DNA from: Mobula hypostoma
Taxonomy: Eukaryota
Length of the DNA: 64,000 bases
NCBI RefSeq assembly: GCF_963921235.1
Contig: NC_086097.1
Location: 211,608,001 to 211,672,000, forward strand
Direction of reading: 5' to 3'
The notes beneath the pieces were generated by a model. The model saw nothing but the letters and a program-made list of their open reading frames with translations. It ran no database searches and had not been told where the DNA came from. A program made the position numbers and the translations under genes. Numbering within the stretch: the stretch's first letter is position 1; every line of letters begins with the position of its first letter. This document shows positions 1 to 13,099 of the stretch, piece by piece.

Positions 1-165
1 AACTGATGCTAGTTAAAAACTGTTCAGCAACATATGTCTGTCCCAATTAAATGGCACACTGTCCCAAATAAACAAAAGGAATCCCAGCTATTTTCTCGAT
101 TAGTTTTTGTTCTTTAAGAGTTGTCCCAAATAAGTGCCTTCACCGATTAACTGGAATCCATTGTA
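1..165. mobile_element. Right end of a Tc1/mariner (pogo/Tigger-like) non-autonomous element
   Basis: Repeated TGTCCCAA(A/T)TAA sub-terminal motifs; ends CGATTAACTGGAATCCATTG-TA, resembling a CAGTGGATTCC-type TIR plus TA. Confidence 0.45.
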
Positions 166-169
166 TTTA

Positions 170-800
170 ACGTACCTGTCATTTTCTTGTTTCCAGATAG
201 TTTCTCCTGTCTCAATTGGTAAAGGACCCACAATTGCTTTTTCTGATGTTTTCCTTTATACAAACTTATAGAAGCTTTTGCAGTCTGCTTTTCTTGTAAT
301 CTACTTTCCCAACTTTGATTCTCCCTTGTTGAATTCTGATTTTGTCCCAGTTAACAGACTTGCTGCTTTTTTTAAATAACATTAATGGCCTTATAATTTA
401 ATACTATCTTTAACTTCTTTTAAATGCCACAGCTAGAGCACTTTTCCCAATGGATATCTTCAGCCTACTTGTAAATTTTGTATTAATTCTTTAAAAGATA
501 CTCATTGTACCTCTTCTATCATACTATTTAACATGGTTTCCCAGTCTACCAGAGGCAAACTTGTTCCAATGCTTTCTTGTTTGCTCTTTTCAGATTTTGG
601 ACCCTTAATTCAGATTGAGCTAAGGTACCTGCTATGTTCACTACTCTCTAAAAGTCCCTTAACTGCCAGATCATAAATTAACCATTTTCATTACACAAGC
701 CGATTATAAAATAACCTTTTGAGTAGTGATTTTCTCAAAATACAAACTTAGAAAACCATCTCTTGTACATTGCATAAATTCATCTTCTGCATTATTCCTA
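170..800 (-). mobile_element. Highly decayed CR1 LINE fragment
   Basis: Patchy antisense similarity to the CR1 ORF2 endonuclease-RT linker region (e.g. CTTATAGAAGCTTTTGCAGTC); no ORF. Confidence 0.4.
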
Positions 801-829
801 TTCATTTGTTTTGTGCAGTTCAAATTCAA

Positions 830-1532
830 GCTTAATTATATTAAAGCTCATATGAATACAGCCAAATGAAGCAGCATTACCATGAGGCCAAGGTGCAAAA
901 CACAGTACCAACAGTCATACACAGCCGAAGGCACATATAGCACATATAGCAGTAAAAGATAGCCACACAAAAAAAATAGTCCAAGTCCCAGAGTCCATAA
1001 ATGTTGCAGCAGTCTGCAGTCATCTTGTCTTCTGCTGATTGAACACTAGAGGACAGCAGAGACTCCAGCTTGTACACCGCACCACACTGCCACTGCCTCT
1101 CTCCTGGGCGGCTGCAATCTGACTTTAGGCCTAGTCCTCACTACAACTGAGGACATGCAGTTCCCCTGTCAATTGCCAATAAATCAGTAAATCAGAGTTG
1201 CAGCATTCCACATTAACGATGTCCAACAGTCATTTGGTCACAAGAAAAGTGACTAAAATGATCACACGCTGTTAGATTGCACGCCTCTTTTGTGCACCCA
1301 CTCCAGTGTCTCTCTGACGCAGACAGTAACACGATCTACACCAAGCAAGTCCAGCTCCTTCAGCTTCTCCGCCAGCGAGCAACTCGCAGATAGGGTTGAC
1401 CTGCAGTACTTTAAGTTCTTAATGTCCAGCAGAGTCTTGAGATCTTTTTAAAAAATACATTTAAAAAAAGACAATAGCACCTCTGGCTGGCCACCATAGA
1501 AGCCATTGTGTCTGAGCACGCCACCTTCTTAG
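830..1532 (-). mobile_element. Non-coding retroposon, same family as 45555-46260
   Basis: Colinear similarity with 45555-46260 (GCCAAATGAAGCAG...AAGGTGCAAAAC...GTACCAACAGTCATACACAGC; AATAAA(T/C)CAGTAAA; GCTGTTAGATTGCA). Confidence 0.6.
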
Positions 1533-2834
1533 GTCTAACCTGTAGTTTGTAATCAAAGTTAATAGATACATTAACCTTGCCTCGCACTTTTAATCTTCTG
1601 ATTTGTACTGTGTCCTGCTTTTCCACCATTGCTTGGAGAGCCATGTTCAACTGTCTTCAGTATATTCTGTCTATTGCTGCCTCTTAGCTGCAAATTGATC
1701 CTGTTTCTTGATTTTTCTGAGCTACGTTCCTTCCCCTTTGCTGCCTTTATCTGAATTTTTTTTAAGTACATTTAATTCACAGTTCAGCTGGGTTATTTAA
1801 GGATGACTGCAAGACGTAGATAGAGGTTGTTTTCATTTTGAAGACTGTCTGGTTCACATATTGTCTCATACATGTGATAAGAGGATTTGTGCTTTGACTT
1901 CCAGGGAAACGGTTTCACATGTGACTGGTTTTGAATAGGCTGCTTCATTTCAGCACCAAGTCCTCAAGGGTATTTTATGTGATCTTTTAATAAATGTATC
2001 TGTGAGAAAGCACAGTCCTGATTATTAATGGTTATTATTTTCAGATGTTCTACAGTGTGTTCTCATGAGCATTACTCACATCCTAAGGTGAAGTCCCTTT
2101 TTTTAAATCGCTGATGTAGCTGAAAGCTATTAAGTTGTAATGCAATAACCATGGCTATTGTACAAGGACTTTGCAAGTTTTACAGATTTTTTTTACTGTC
2201 ATGTTTATGTACAATAAGAACAGATGTAAGGATACTTGTACAGTATTTGTTCAGATTGAATGAGTATCCATTTTATAGGTTTGTTTAATTTGGGAGTTTC
2301 TGTTTCTATTGTGTTCTATCACAGACTGATAAAGCCAAAGGTATGTCTTCTGTTGAATCCTGTATTACATTGCTTAGAGAATATTCTCAGTATCAATGCT
2401 TAAGTTAATACTTGCTGTTTATATATCTTGCTAGTGAACTTTTTGAACTGTAATTTTGCGATTTGAGCGATTTCTGTAAGGTGGAGGAAATAAACAGTGT
2501 CATCTGCTGTTGATGCCAATTTACAGATTAATTTTGGCCAGAGTGTTAAGACTCTGAAAATGTACCATATTCTGAAACTATACAGTGAAGGTTGCCATAT
2601 ATCTTTGAGGAGGTGGGTGGTGAGAGGGAGTTGGCTTAAAAGCACCCAGTCAAGGAAACAGAAATGGCATTGTTCTTCAATTTGGAAGACATTGAAGAGC
2701 AGGCATCTTCAATGTCATCTACTAATAGAAGCAGCTTCAGCAAAACTGGAAATAAAGATTGAACATGACACATTAAAACAGGCTGATAAATAAATTTTGT
2801 ATTTTAAAAAGAAAGCTATGTTAGTATATAAAAG

Positions 2835-4590
2835 AAAAGGAAAACCCCAAGGCATTCTTCAATTATGTGAAGAAAAATAGGATGACAGGAGTGAAGATAG
2901 GACCGATTAGAGATAAAGGTGGGAAGATGTGCCTGGAGGCTGTGGAAGTGAGCGAGGTCCTCAATGAATATACTTCTCTTCGGTATTCACCAATGAGAGG
3001 GAACTTGATGATGGTGAGGACAATATGAGTGAGGTTGATGTTCTGGAGCATGTTGATATTAAGGGAGAGGAGGTGTTGGAGTTGTTAAAATACATTACGA
3101 CGGATAAGTCCCCGGGGCCTGACGGAATATTCCCCAGGCTGCTCCACGAGGCGGGGGAAGAAATTGCTGAGCCTCTGGCTAGGATCTTTATGTCCTTGTT
3201 GTCCACGGGAATGGTACCGGAGGATTGGAGGGAGGCAAATGTTGTCCCCTTTTTCAAAAAAGGTAGTGGGGATAGTCCGGGTAATTATAGACCAGTGAAC
3301 CTTGCGTCTGTGGTGGGAAAGCTGTTGGAAAAGATTCTTAGAGATAGGATCTATAGGCATTTAGAGAATCATGGTCTGATCAGGGACAGTCAGCATGGCT
3401 TTGTGAAGGGCAGATCGTGTCTAACAAGCCTGATAGAGTTCTTTGAGGAAGTGACCAGGCATATAGATGAGGGTAGTGCAGTGGATGTGATCTAATGGAT
3501 TTTAGTAAGGCATTTGACAAGGTTCCACATGGTAGGCTTATTCAGAAAGTCAGAAGGCAGAGGGTTGTGTTGGAGGGAGTACTTTCAGATTGGAGGATTA
3601 TGACTAGTTGTGTCCCACAAGGATCTGTTCTGGGACCTCTACTTTTCGTGATTTTTATTAACGACCTGGATGTGGGAGTAGAAGGGTGGGTTGGCAGGTT
3701 TGCAGACGATACAAAGGTTGGTGGTGTTGTAGATAGCGTAGAAGATTGTCAAAGATTGCAGAGAGACATTGATAGGGTGCAGAAGTGGGCTGAGAAGAGG
3801 CAGATGGAGTTCAACCCAGAGAAGTGTCAGGTGGTACACTTTGGAAGGACAAACTCCAAGGCAGAGCACAAAGTAAATGGCAGGATACTTGGTAGTGTGG
3901 AGGAGCAGAGGGATCTGGGGGTACATGTCCACAGATCCCTGAAAGTTGCCTCACAGGCAGATAGGGTAGTTAAGAAAGCTTATGAGGTGTTAGCTTTCAT
4001 AAGTTGAGGGATAGAGTTTAAGAATCGCAATGTAATGATGCAGCTCTATAAAACTCTGGTTAGGCCACACTTGGAGTACTGTGTCCAGTTCTGGTCGCCT
4101 CACTATAGGAAGGATGTGGAAGCATTGGAAAGGGTACAGAGGAGATTTACCAGGATGCTGCCTGGTTTAGAAAGTATACATTATGATCAGAGATTAAGGG
4201 AGCTAGGGCTTTACTCTTTGGAGAGAAGGAGGATGAGAGGAGACATGATAGAGGTCTACAAGATAATAAGAGGAATAGATAGAGTGGATAGCCAGCACCT
4301 CTTCCCCAGGGCACCACTGCTCAATATAAGAGGACATGGCTTTCAGGTAAGGGGTGGGAAGTTCAAGGGGGATATTAGAGGAAGGTTTTTTACTCAGAGA
4401 GTGTTTGGTGCATGGAATGCACTGCCTGAGTCAGTGGTGGAGGCAGATACACTGGTGAAGTTTAAGAGACTACTAGACAGGTATATGGAGGAATTTAAGG
4501 TGGGGGCTTATATGGAAGGCAGGGTTTGCGGGTCGGCACAACATTGTGGGCCGAAGGGCCTGTACTGTGCTGTACTATTCTAAGTTCTAT
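2835..4590 (+). mobile_element. 5'-truncated CR1 LINE, ORF2 RT region (stops, frameshift, internal deletion)
   Basis: ORFs 3025-3495, 3495-4007 and 4035-4583 carry [48 protein letters not shown]; ends in a short TTCTA-type repeat tail. Confidence 0.95.
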
Positions 4591-4700
4591 AAATGAGAAA
4601 ATCAGCAGATGCTGGAAATTTGGCCTGAAACATTGACTGTACTCTTTTCCATTGATGCTGCCTGGCCTGCTGAGTTCCTCCAGCATTTTGTGTGTGTTAG
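4590..4700 (+). mobile_element. Penelope-like pseudo-LTR remnant (short inverted piece plus 3' end)
   Basis: CAGATGCTGGAAAT followed by GGCCTGAAACATTGACTG...GATGCTGCCTGGCCTGCTGAGTTCCTCCAGCA; matches other PLE ends in the window; ribozyme 5' core missing. Confidence 0.75.
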
Positions 4701-5439
4701 CATATATTCATTTATTAGGTTACTGGAACTGCAACCAGAGTCTGCATCATTGTATTGCAATCCTACCTAAGCAGCTGGGAAATGTAATTATTCCTTTTTT
4801 TTTAAAAAGCTAAAAACAGAAAGAGTTTAAAAACAGAAAGAGTGAAAATAGTAGATGGTTGTGAACACTAGTCTGATCATTAATATCCTACAGGAAGGGA
4901 AATTTGCCGTTGTTACCTAGGCTGGCCATGAGTGGTCCTCGACTCACTAGTATAATTTTGTTACCTTGAACATCAGCAGCAACTTAAGATATAGAACAAA
5001 TGCTAATGTGCTGTGAGCAAATGAAGAGGCTGTTGCCATTGCTGAGCCTTTTGGTTTTTATGTGGAGGTCCAAGGAAGAAGTGCCTCAGCTAAATATTCG
5101 AAACAATAATATTTTGGAACAGGAGTAGAAAGAATATCCAACACAAATGGTACATGTCCATAAATGCTTCCACAGTGTTTTTCATAGTGTGATTATTGTG
5201 CAGAACTAATTAAGTTCTGGACAGATTTGTTTTCTCAATTCCTTTTCTCTTTCCTCTCATTTGTCAGCTACCATTTTATATTTTTTAATTAGATCTGAAT
5301 GTACAATTCAGCTTCCAGTCATTTGAAAAATATTTTCCCTTTGTATTACGGTTTTAGCTTTCCTTTTTAAATTTGGCATATTTGATGTCCAATTTTTACA
5401 TTTGACAATCGTGTGGCAATGAGTTTTAATATATAATGT

Positions 5440-6540
5440 ACTCTCAAGTTTTATTGTTTGGAGTGGGCCTTGTAAGAAGCTGTGAGATATTCTGAGGTAA
5501 AAGTCGTGACATGCGCAGTGACAGACTGAAGATGTCTAGCTGATTTAAATGAGAAGGTGGTTGAAAGCTGGAAGAGCTGGCAAAGATGAAATTTGTAGGG
5601 TGGTGAGAGCGTACTGAGTAACATTTGAAAGGACAGGATGTTGAAAAGAGGAGTCCCCAGACAGTGTGGAAGGACAAGGCAGCTTGAGTTGGAGGGAAGT
5701 GTGCAGAAGAGGTAAATAAAAATAGACAATGAGGTTGATCATGTAGGCACAAGGAGGGTTGGTATGTTAAGGTCAATAGGAAACAGAGAGAGGAAATGAT
5801 TAAGTACATGGAAAACTATCATTGATAGGACATAAATTACAAGCGTTTCAGTGTTAGCAGAAAAAAGTAATGATAAAATCTTAATGTTCTTCAGTTCCAT
5901 TGTATATCGCTTAGCACTTCCCTGCTAAGGATGTGATGGAAGCTGGTCTCTCCCCTTCAATTAAGCTCAAAGAAATCTCCAGGATAGGGAGAATTATGAG
6001 GTCAAGTGCAGGTTTGGGGAGGGAGTGGTCGGGGAGGGGAGACACAAATAATCAGAATTATATCCAGATGTCAAGAAAAGAATGCATATAGTAGCTGTGG
6101 AACAAGGTTCATTGGCAAGGAATGAAAATTGCCTTTAAAAATGTAATTGGATGAATTTCTGGATATTGGACAGAGGTTGATGTTGAGTTAGGGCTGAATA
6201 TCGTTTTTGCACACTTTGGAAATGTCACTGTTTTGGATAAAGGTGGATGTAGGGTAAAGAGGGAAGTGTTTGATATGAATGAGGAAAAGTGACCAGCAAT
6301 AGGCCTTTTGTAATACCACTCCTTCAATCATGAATTGATTTGACGTTTTGTTGGACCTGTTTGGCTGTGGTATTTCTTATATTACAGCAATTCCTGGACC
6401 AGTAATTATCCACTACGAAGAATGGTAATGGAATGAAAGTTCTGATCGAAGTAGTCAGTAGTCAGTGTCTTTTTTCTTAGGAGATAGACGATGATGACAG
6501 TAGAAAATTTGAAAGAGAATTGGGTACGCAAAGAAGCGAC
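5440..6540 (-). mobile_element. Ancient L2-type LINE remnant
   Basis: Purine-rich + strand with weak antisense similarity to L2-clade 3' regions; no ORF. Confidence 0.3.
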
Positions 6541-6599
6541 AACCTGGACATCAGACGTCTTGAGAGGAGGAGATTTCAATCAGGTCCACTGCCCGAGTA

Positions 6600-9500
6600 A
6601 AAAAGGCAGCTGCAGGTTGCTACAGCAAAAATAGAACTTTGAACAGTGACCATTCAGCATTTGGGATTGATTAGCAAGAGCAAATTGAAGGGAGGCAGAG
6701 GCATGCGCAGCATCCGACATCTGAGTGGACAGAGTCAGAGTGGTGATCTTGAGGCCTTAGCTCTTCGAGGCTTCATTCGGAGAAATCAAAGGAAAGAAAA
6801 GCTCTAAGTTAAGTTTTTTTTCTCCTTCTCTTCTTTATAGCTGCTCAGCTAGGGCAGTAGAGATGCCAGGCAGGGAGACCTCCAGTGTCCCTGACGACTA
6901 CAACTGCAAGAAATGCATCCAGCTACAGCTTCTCACAAACCACGTTAAGGAGTTGGAGCTGGAACTGGATGAACTCCGGATGATTCAGAACGTTGAAGGA
7001 GTGATAGGTAAGACAGAGAGAGGTAGTTACACACCAGGTACGCGGGGACACAGGAAACTGGATGACAGTCAGGAAGGGGAAAGGGGTTAAGGTGCCAGTG
7101 CAGAGTGCCCCTGTGGCCATCTCATTAACAACTTTGGATCCTGTAGGTATATCAGTTTAGATACTGTGGGGTGTGGGGGGTGTGACCTAAGAGAGGAAAG
7201 TCACAGTGGTCAGGTCTCTGGCACTGAGTCTACCTCTGTGACTCAGAAGGGAATGGGGATTCGTTAGTTAGGGGAATGGACAGGAGGTTCTATGAGCAAG
7301 GATGAGATTCCCAGATGGTATGTTGCCTCTCGGTGACAGGGTCCAGGATTTCTCAGATCAATGACTCAGTAGTCTCGGGGGTGGGGGGGGGGGGAACGTC
7401 AACAGCCAGAAGTTGTGGTCTATGCCGGTACCAATGAGATGGGTAGGATGAGTGACGAGGTTCTGCATAGGGAGTTCAGGGAGTTAAGTGCTAAGTTAAA
7501 GGACCTCCAGGGTTGTGATTTTAGGATTATTACCACATACTAGTGGGGCCAGAACTAGGAAAATTATACACTTTAATATGTGGCTAAGGAGCTGCTGTAG
7601 GAGGGAGGACAGAGGATTTTTGGATCATTGGCTCTCTTCCAGAGAAAATGGGACCTGTACAGAAGGGACGGTTTGCACCTGAACTGGAGGGGGACTACTA
7701 TCCCAGCAGGAAAGCTTGTTACAGCTGCACGGTGGAATTTAAACTAGAGTTGCGGGGGGATGGAAACCAAAGTTCCAGAACAGCTAGTGAAGAAGTTGTG
7801 GAGGCAGATGTTGGTAAGAACGAAGACAAAGTCAGGAATCAAAAGTTTTCATATGGTGCGACTAGTGTCCTGAGCTGCATATATTTCAATACAAGAAGTA
7901 TCGTAGGAAAGGCGGAAAATAGTGCTAAGAATGAGGTAGCTGGTTTACAAGTAGAGGCAATGTGTAGTGAGGAGAGGCAAAATTAAAGTCAACAGGATAA
8001 GTTGCTATGTAAAGGTGGACAAAATCGAAAAAGGTAAATACAGGACTGAAGGTGTTATATTTGAATGCATGCAGTATACAGAAAAGGTAGATGAATTTGC
8101 AGCACAGTTGCAGATCAACAGGAATGATGTTGTAGGCATCACTGAATCATGGCTGAAATAAGATTACAGCTGGGAGCTTAATGTCCAAGGATACACATTG
8201 TATCGAAAGGACAGGCAGAAAGTGTGATGTTGCTCTATTGGTAAAAAAAAATAAAATTAAATCATTAGAAAGACGTGACATACGGTCGAAAGGTGTTGAA
8301 TCATTGTGGATAGAGCTAAGGAATTGCAAGGGTAAAAATGCCTTGATGGAACTTACAAGGGGAGATAGAAAACGTGTGCTGAAAGGGCAGTGTGACTTTT
8401 TAGATCAACTCATAGTTGAGCCCACTGGGTGATCAGCTGTTCTAGACTGGGTGTTGTACAATGAACCAGCGCAGATTGGCAAGCTTAAGGTAAAAGAATC
8501 TTTAGCGGTAAGTGATAGGATCAGATTCACCCTGAAATGTGAGAAGGAGAAGCTAAAGTCAGATGTATCAGGATTACAGTGAAGTGAAGGGAATTATAGA
8601 GACACGAGAGAGGAGTTGGGCAGAATTGATCAGAATAGAGCATTGGCAGTGATGACGGCAGAGCAGCAATGGCTGGAATTTCCGGAAGCAATTCAGAAGG
8701 CACAGGATATATACATCCCAAAGAGAAAGAAGTATTCTAAAAGAAAGATGATACAACTGTGACTAACAAGAAATCAAAGCCAACATGAAAGCCAAGGTGA
8801 GGGCATATAATAGAGCAAAAATTAGTGAGAAGTTAGAATATTTGGAAGCTTTTAAAAACCAACAGAAGGCAACTAAATAACCATATAACCATATAACTAT
8901 TACAGCACGGAAACAGGCCATCTCGGCCCTTCTAGTCCGTGCCGAACGCTTACTCTCATGTAGTTCCATCTACCTGCACTCAGCCCATAACCCTCCATTC
9001 CTGTCCTGTTCATATACCTATCCAATTTTTTTTTAAATGACAAAATCAAACCTGCCTCTACCACTTCTACTGGAAGCTCGTTCCACACAGCTACCACTCT
9101 CTGAGTAAAGAAGTTCCCCCTCGTGTTACCCCTAAACTTTTGCCTAACTCTCAACTCATGTCCTCTTGTTTGAATCTCCCCTACTCTCAATGGAAAAAGC
9201 CTATTCAGGTCAACTCTATCAATCCCCCTCATAATTTTAAATACCTCTATCAAGTCCCCCCGCAACCTTCTACGCTCCAAAGAATAAAGACCTAACTTGT
9301 TCAACCTTTCTCTGTAACTTGGGTGCTGAAACCCAGGTAACATTCTAGTAAATCTCCTCCGTACTCTCTCTATTTTGTTGACATCTTTCCTATAATTCGG
9401 CCATTAAGAAGGTAAAGATGGAATACGAAAGTAAGCTAACCAATAATATTAAAAAGGATAACAGAAGTTTCTTCAGATACATAAAGTATAAAAGAGAGGC

Positions 9501-11240
9501 AAGAGTGGATATTAGACAGCTGGAAAATGATGCAGAAGAGGTCGTAATGGGGGATAAGGAAATGGCAGACGAATTGAATAAGTATTTTGCATCATTCTTC
9601 ACTGTGGAAGACACTAGCAGTATGGTGGAAGTTCCAGGTGTCAGGAGTCATGTAATGTGTGAAATTACCATAACTAGAGAGAAGGTTCTTGGGAAACTGA
9701 AAAGCCTGAAGGTAGATAAGTCACCTAGAGCAGATGGTTCACACCCCAGGATTCTGAAAAAGCTGGCTCAAAAGATTGTGGAGGAATTAGTAATGATCTT
9801 TAAAGAATAACTGGATTCTAGAGTGAATCCAGAAGACTGGGAAATTGCAAATGTCACTCTCCTCTTCAAGGAGGGAGAGAGGTAGAAGAAAGGAGACTAT
9901 AGGTCAGTCAGTCTGACCTCAGTGGTTGCAAAGATGTTGGAGTTGATTATTAAGGATGAGGTCTTTGGATGCATGGAGGCACATGATAAAATAGGCCTAG
10001 TGGGCATGATTTCCTCAAGGGGAAATCTTGCTTCACAAACTGTTGGAATTCTTTGAAGAAATAACAAGCAGGATAGACAAAGGAGAATTGGTCAATTTTG
10101 TGTACTTGGATTTTCAGAAGGCCTTTGAAAAGGTGCCACACGAGGCTATTTAACAAGCTACGAGCCCATAATATTACAGGAAAGACTATAGCCTGGATAA
10201 AGCAGTGGTGATTGGCAAAGTGTATGAATAAAGGAAGCCTTTTCTGGTTGGCTGCCAGTGACTAGTGGTGTTCCATAGAGGTCTGTGTTGGGATTAGTTC
10301 TTTTTACGTTATATGTCAATGATTTGGATGATGGAATTGATGGCTTTGTTGCAAAGTTTGCAGACGATATGAAAGAAGGTGGATGAGCAGGTAGCTTTGA
10401 GGAAGTAGAAAGGTTACAGTAGGATTTAGGCAGATTGGGAGAATGGACAAAGATGTGGCAGATGGACTACAGTGTAGGGAAATGTGTGATCATGCACTTT
10501 GGTAGAAGAAATGAAAGGGTTGAATATTTTCTAAATGCAGAGAAAATACAAAAAAAAATTGAGGTGCAGAGGGACTTGGGAGTCCTTGTGCAGGATTTCC
10601 TGAAGGTTAGTTTGTAGATTGAGTCTGTGGTGAAGATGGCAAAAGCAAGGATGTAATGTTGCAACTTTATAAAGCACTGGTGAGGTCTCACTTGGAGAAT
10701 TGCAAGCAGTTTGGGTCCGTTATCTTAGAATATGCTGCAACTGGAGAGGGTTGAAAGGAGGTTCACGAAAATGATTCCACGATTGAATGGCTTGTCATAT
10801 GAAGAGTTTTTGATGGCCTGTGTTCACTGGAATTCAGAAGAAAGAGGGGTGGCCTAATTCAAACCTGTCAAATAGTTGAAAGTCTTTGATAGAGTGGATG
10901 TTTTACTATGGCAGGAGCGTCCAAGTCCAGAGGACACAGTCTAAGAATAGAGGGGTGCCCTTTTAGAATGCAGATGAGGAGGAATTTCTTTAGCCAGAGG
11001 GTGGTGAATCTGTGGAATCCGTTGCCACCAGCAGCTGTGGAGGCCAAGTTTTTATGTATATTTAAGGTAGAGGTTGATAGATTATTGATTAGTCAGGACA
11101 TGAAGGGATATGGGGAGAAGTCACGAAATTGGGGCTGAGGGGAAATTGGATCAGCCATGATGAAATGGTAAAACAGATTCGATGGGCCAAATGGACTGTT
11201 TCTGCTCCTATACCTTAAGGATTTTTTGGTCTTATGGACA
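6600..11240 (+). mobile_element. Near full-length degraded mosaic CR1 LINE (ORF1 Cys/leucine-zipper and esterase, ORF2 APE-RT, 3' tail)
   Basis: 6863 ORF PDDYNCKKCIQLQLL..ELELELDELR; esterase remnants 7250-7750; VVGITESWL; ADELNKYFAS; DKSP; FFSQRVVNLWN; GGTCTTATGG tail near 11230. Confidence 0.9.
8878..9398 (-). mobile_element. Young CR1 3' fragment nested in the larger CR1
   Basis: ORF 8900-9343 (LERRRLRGDLIEVFK, FFTQRVV) with TAACCATA-type tandem tail at 8878-8900; host CR1 sequence resumes on both sides. Confidence 0.92.
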
Positions 11241-11319
11241 CCGTTTACTATATTTGCTAAGGGGAATTGTAAGGCTCAGCAATTTATTTCTGGAGTTGAG
11301 AGAGCAGAAAATACAGATA

Positions 11320-11430
11320 CAAGAGGCTGTAAAAGCTGGGCATCAGAAGCAACGTATAAAATGCTGGCAGATGAAGAGTGAAATGGACAGTCAGTGTTTT
11401 ATGTTGAGATCCTTCATCAGGTCTGGAAAA
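11320..11430 (-). mobile_element. Degenerate PLE pseudo-LTR remnant
   Basis: AAATGCTGG...GACAGTCAGTGTTT...GAGATCCTTCATCAGGTCTGG is an eroded antisense CTGATGAAGG motif. Confidence 0.55.
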
Positions 11431-12095
11431 TAGAGGAACAAACTTGATGTACAAGGGCATAGTTTGTTAAAAGTAGCATCACCAGTAGACAGGGTGATGA
11501 AAAGGCAATGCCATTACGACCTTCATCAGTCAGAGCACTAAGTATTGGAGCCGGGTCACTACAGTAGGCTGCAGCTGTGTAAATTGTTGTTGAGGGCACA
11601 GATGGAGTGCCTTATGCAATTTTGGCTGCCCTGTTACAGGAAAGATGTGGTTACTGGAAAGACTGCAGAAAAGATTTGAGGATGTTGCCAGGACTAATGA
11701 GTAGGAGTTATAGGGAGAGGTTTTCCAGGCTGTGTCTTAATTCCTTGGAACTTTGGAGTATGAGGAGCAATGTTACAGAAATGCTGAGAAGTATAGATAA
11801 GGTGGATGGTAACAGTCTTCCCCCAGATAAAGGATTCCAAAACTAGGAGGCATTGGTTTAGGGTGAAATGGGAACATTTTAAAAGGGATTTGAGGAAGGA
11901 GCAATTTTTTTTCATGCAGGAGGTGGTGAGTATGTGGAACAAGTTTCCAGAAGAAGTAGTTGAGATAGGTACAATGAGTATAATTTAAGAAGCTCTTGGA
12001 TAGATATGGGCTGGATGCAGGAAATTGGGACTAAATAGGTGGTGAGCATGGATTTGTTGGGCCGAAGGGCTAGTATCGGTATTGTATGCTCTGAT
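11430..12095 (+). mobile_element. Old CR1 3' fragment
   Basis: RMLPGL..SYRERF, FFMQEVVSMWNKFPEEVVE remnants; GGGCCGAAGGGC tail motif. Confidence 0.8.
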
Positions 12096-12189
12096 TTTCT
12101 GACCTTTTCCAGCCTCAAATTTGTAATAATTCTGATTATTTCATGATTAGTTCCTTTTGCAGAGAACTAGTCCAGAACAGAAGTGAATT

Positions 12190-12495
12190 GCACAATGTAT
12201 CAACCTTAAGATGGGATGTAAAACTTGAGCTTCTGACTGCTTGACGGGGTCTCTGCAAAAGGTCTCTTCAGTACTCCAAGGGTAGAAAGTTCCTCCAGTT
12301 TCCTTGATAACCCCACTCCTTCAATGAAGTTAACTGATCATGCATTTATTTGACATTCTGTGGGACCTTGCTATGCCCTATCAGGCTGTTGTAGTCCTTT
12401 GATTGCAGCAACTGTTTCAGAATAATTCATTGCTGGTCTGGCAGTTTGAGGCAAAGTGAGAGCACACTAAGATGCTGTGTAACTGCAATTTTTTT
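12190..12495 (+). mobile_element. Decayed Deu-domain SINE
   Basis: GATGGGATGTAAAAC...TGTGGGACCTTGCTATG...TTCATTG; similar to 34530-34740 and 50310-50560. Confidence 0.45.
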
Positions 12496-13099
12496 TCGCT
12501 ACGTGCCAGTAACCAGCCGTGTAATCTAACAAAAGTATTATCAGTGACCTTTGCTATAACTCTAAATTAATTCACTGTATTTTGTTCAGCTACTAAAATC
12601 ATTGCCAAAGTGTGGACCAAGAACTTCAGTAATAATTGATTTGAGAAGTTTTTTTTAAATGGCCCAAATAAGTTGGTTGATTTAGCAGTTATAAGTAGAG
12701 CAGATACAATTTATTCTATGTCAATGATGATCATCAGCGACTGCCCCCAAAGTTTGCACCCATGCTCTAGGTGGGGTTTTGCCTGTCCTGAACTGATCAT
12801 TACTCTAACTGATCTCTTCCATGTTATGTAATTAAAGAACTAATTATATAATTGACTGAGGAAAACCCACTTCTTTGAAGTGTTATACAAAAGCACTGTT
12901 TGCAGTTTAGCACAATTGAGGGAATAGGATTTCTTGTCTAAGTTATACAAATATTTCTTGTTGTTCTGAGTTAGTGTTTGAGCCCAGGTGAGTCATCAAC
13001 TCAATATTTCTTGATGAACGTGAACAAATGCTGAGCCTTGCCAGTCTTGTGAATGTGGGGTTTTTGAAAGTGATGCTGCCTATGGCTAGTCCACCACCA

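Noticed and set aside
4811..4843. 16-bp direct repeat TAAAAACAGAAAGAGT (and a 13-bp repeat near 38304-38335)
   Set aside because: Simple local duplications with no array structure.
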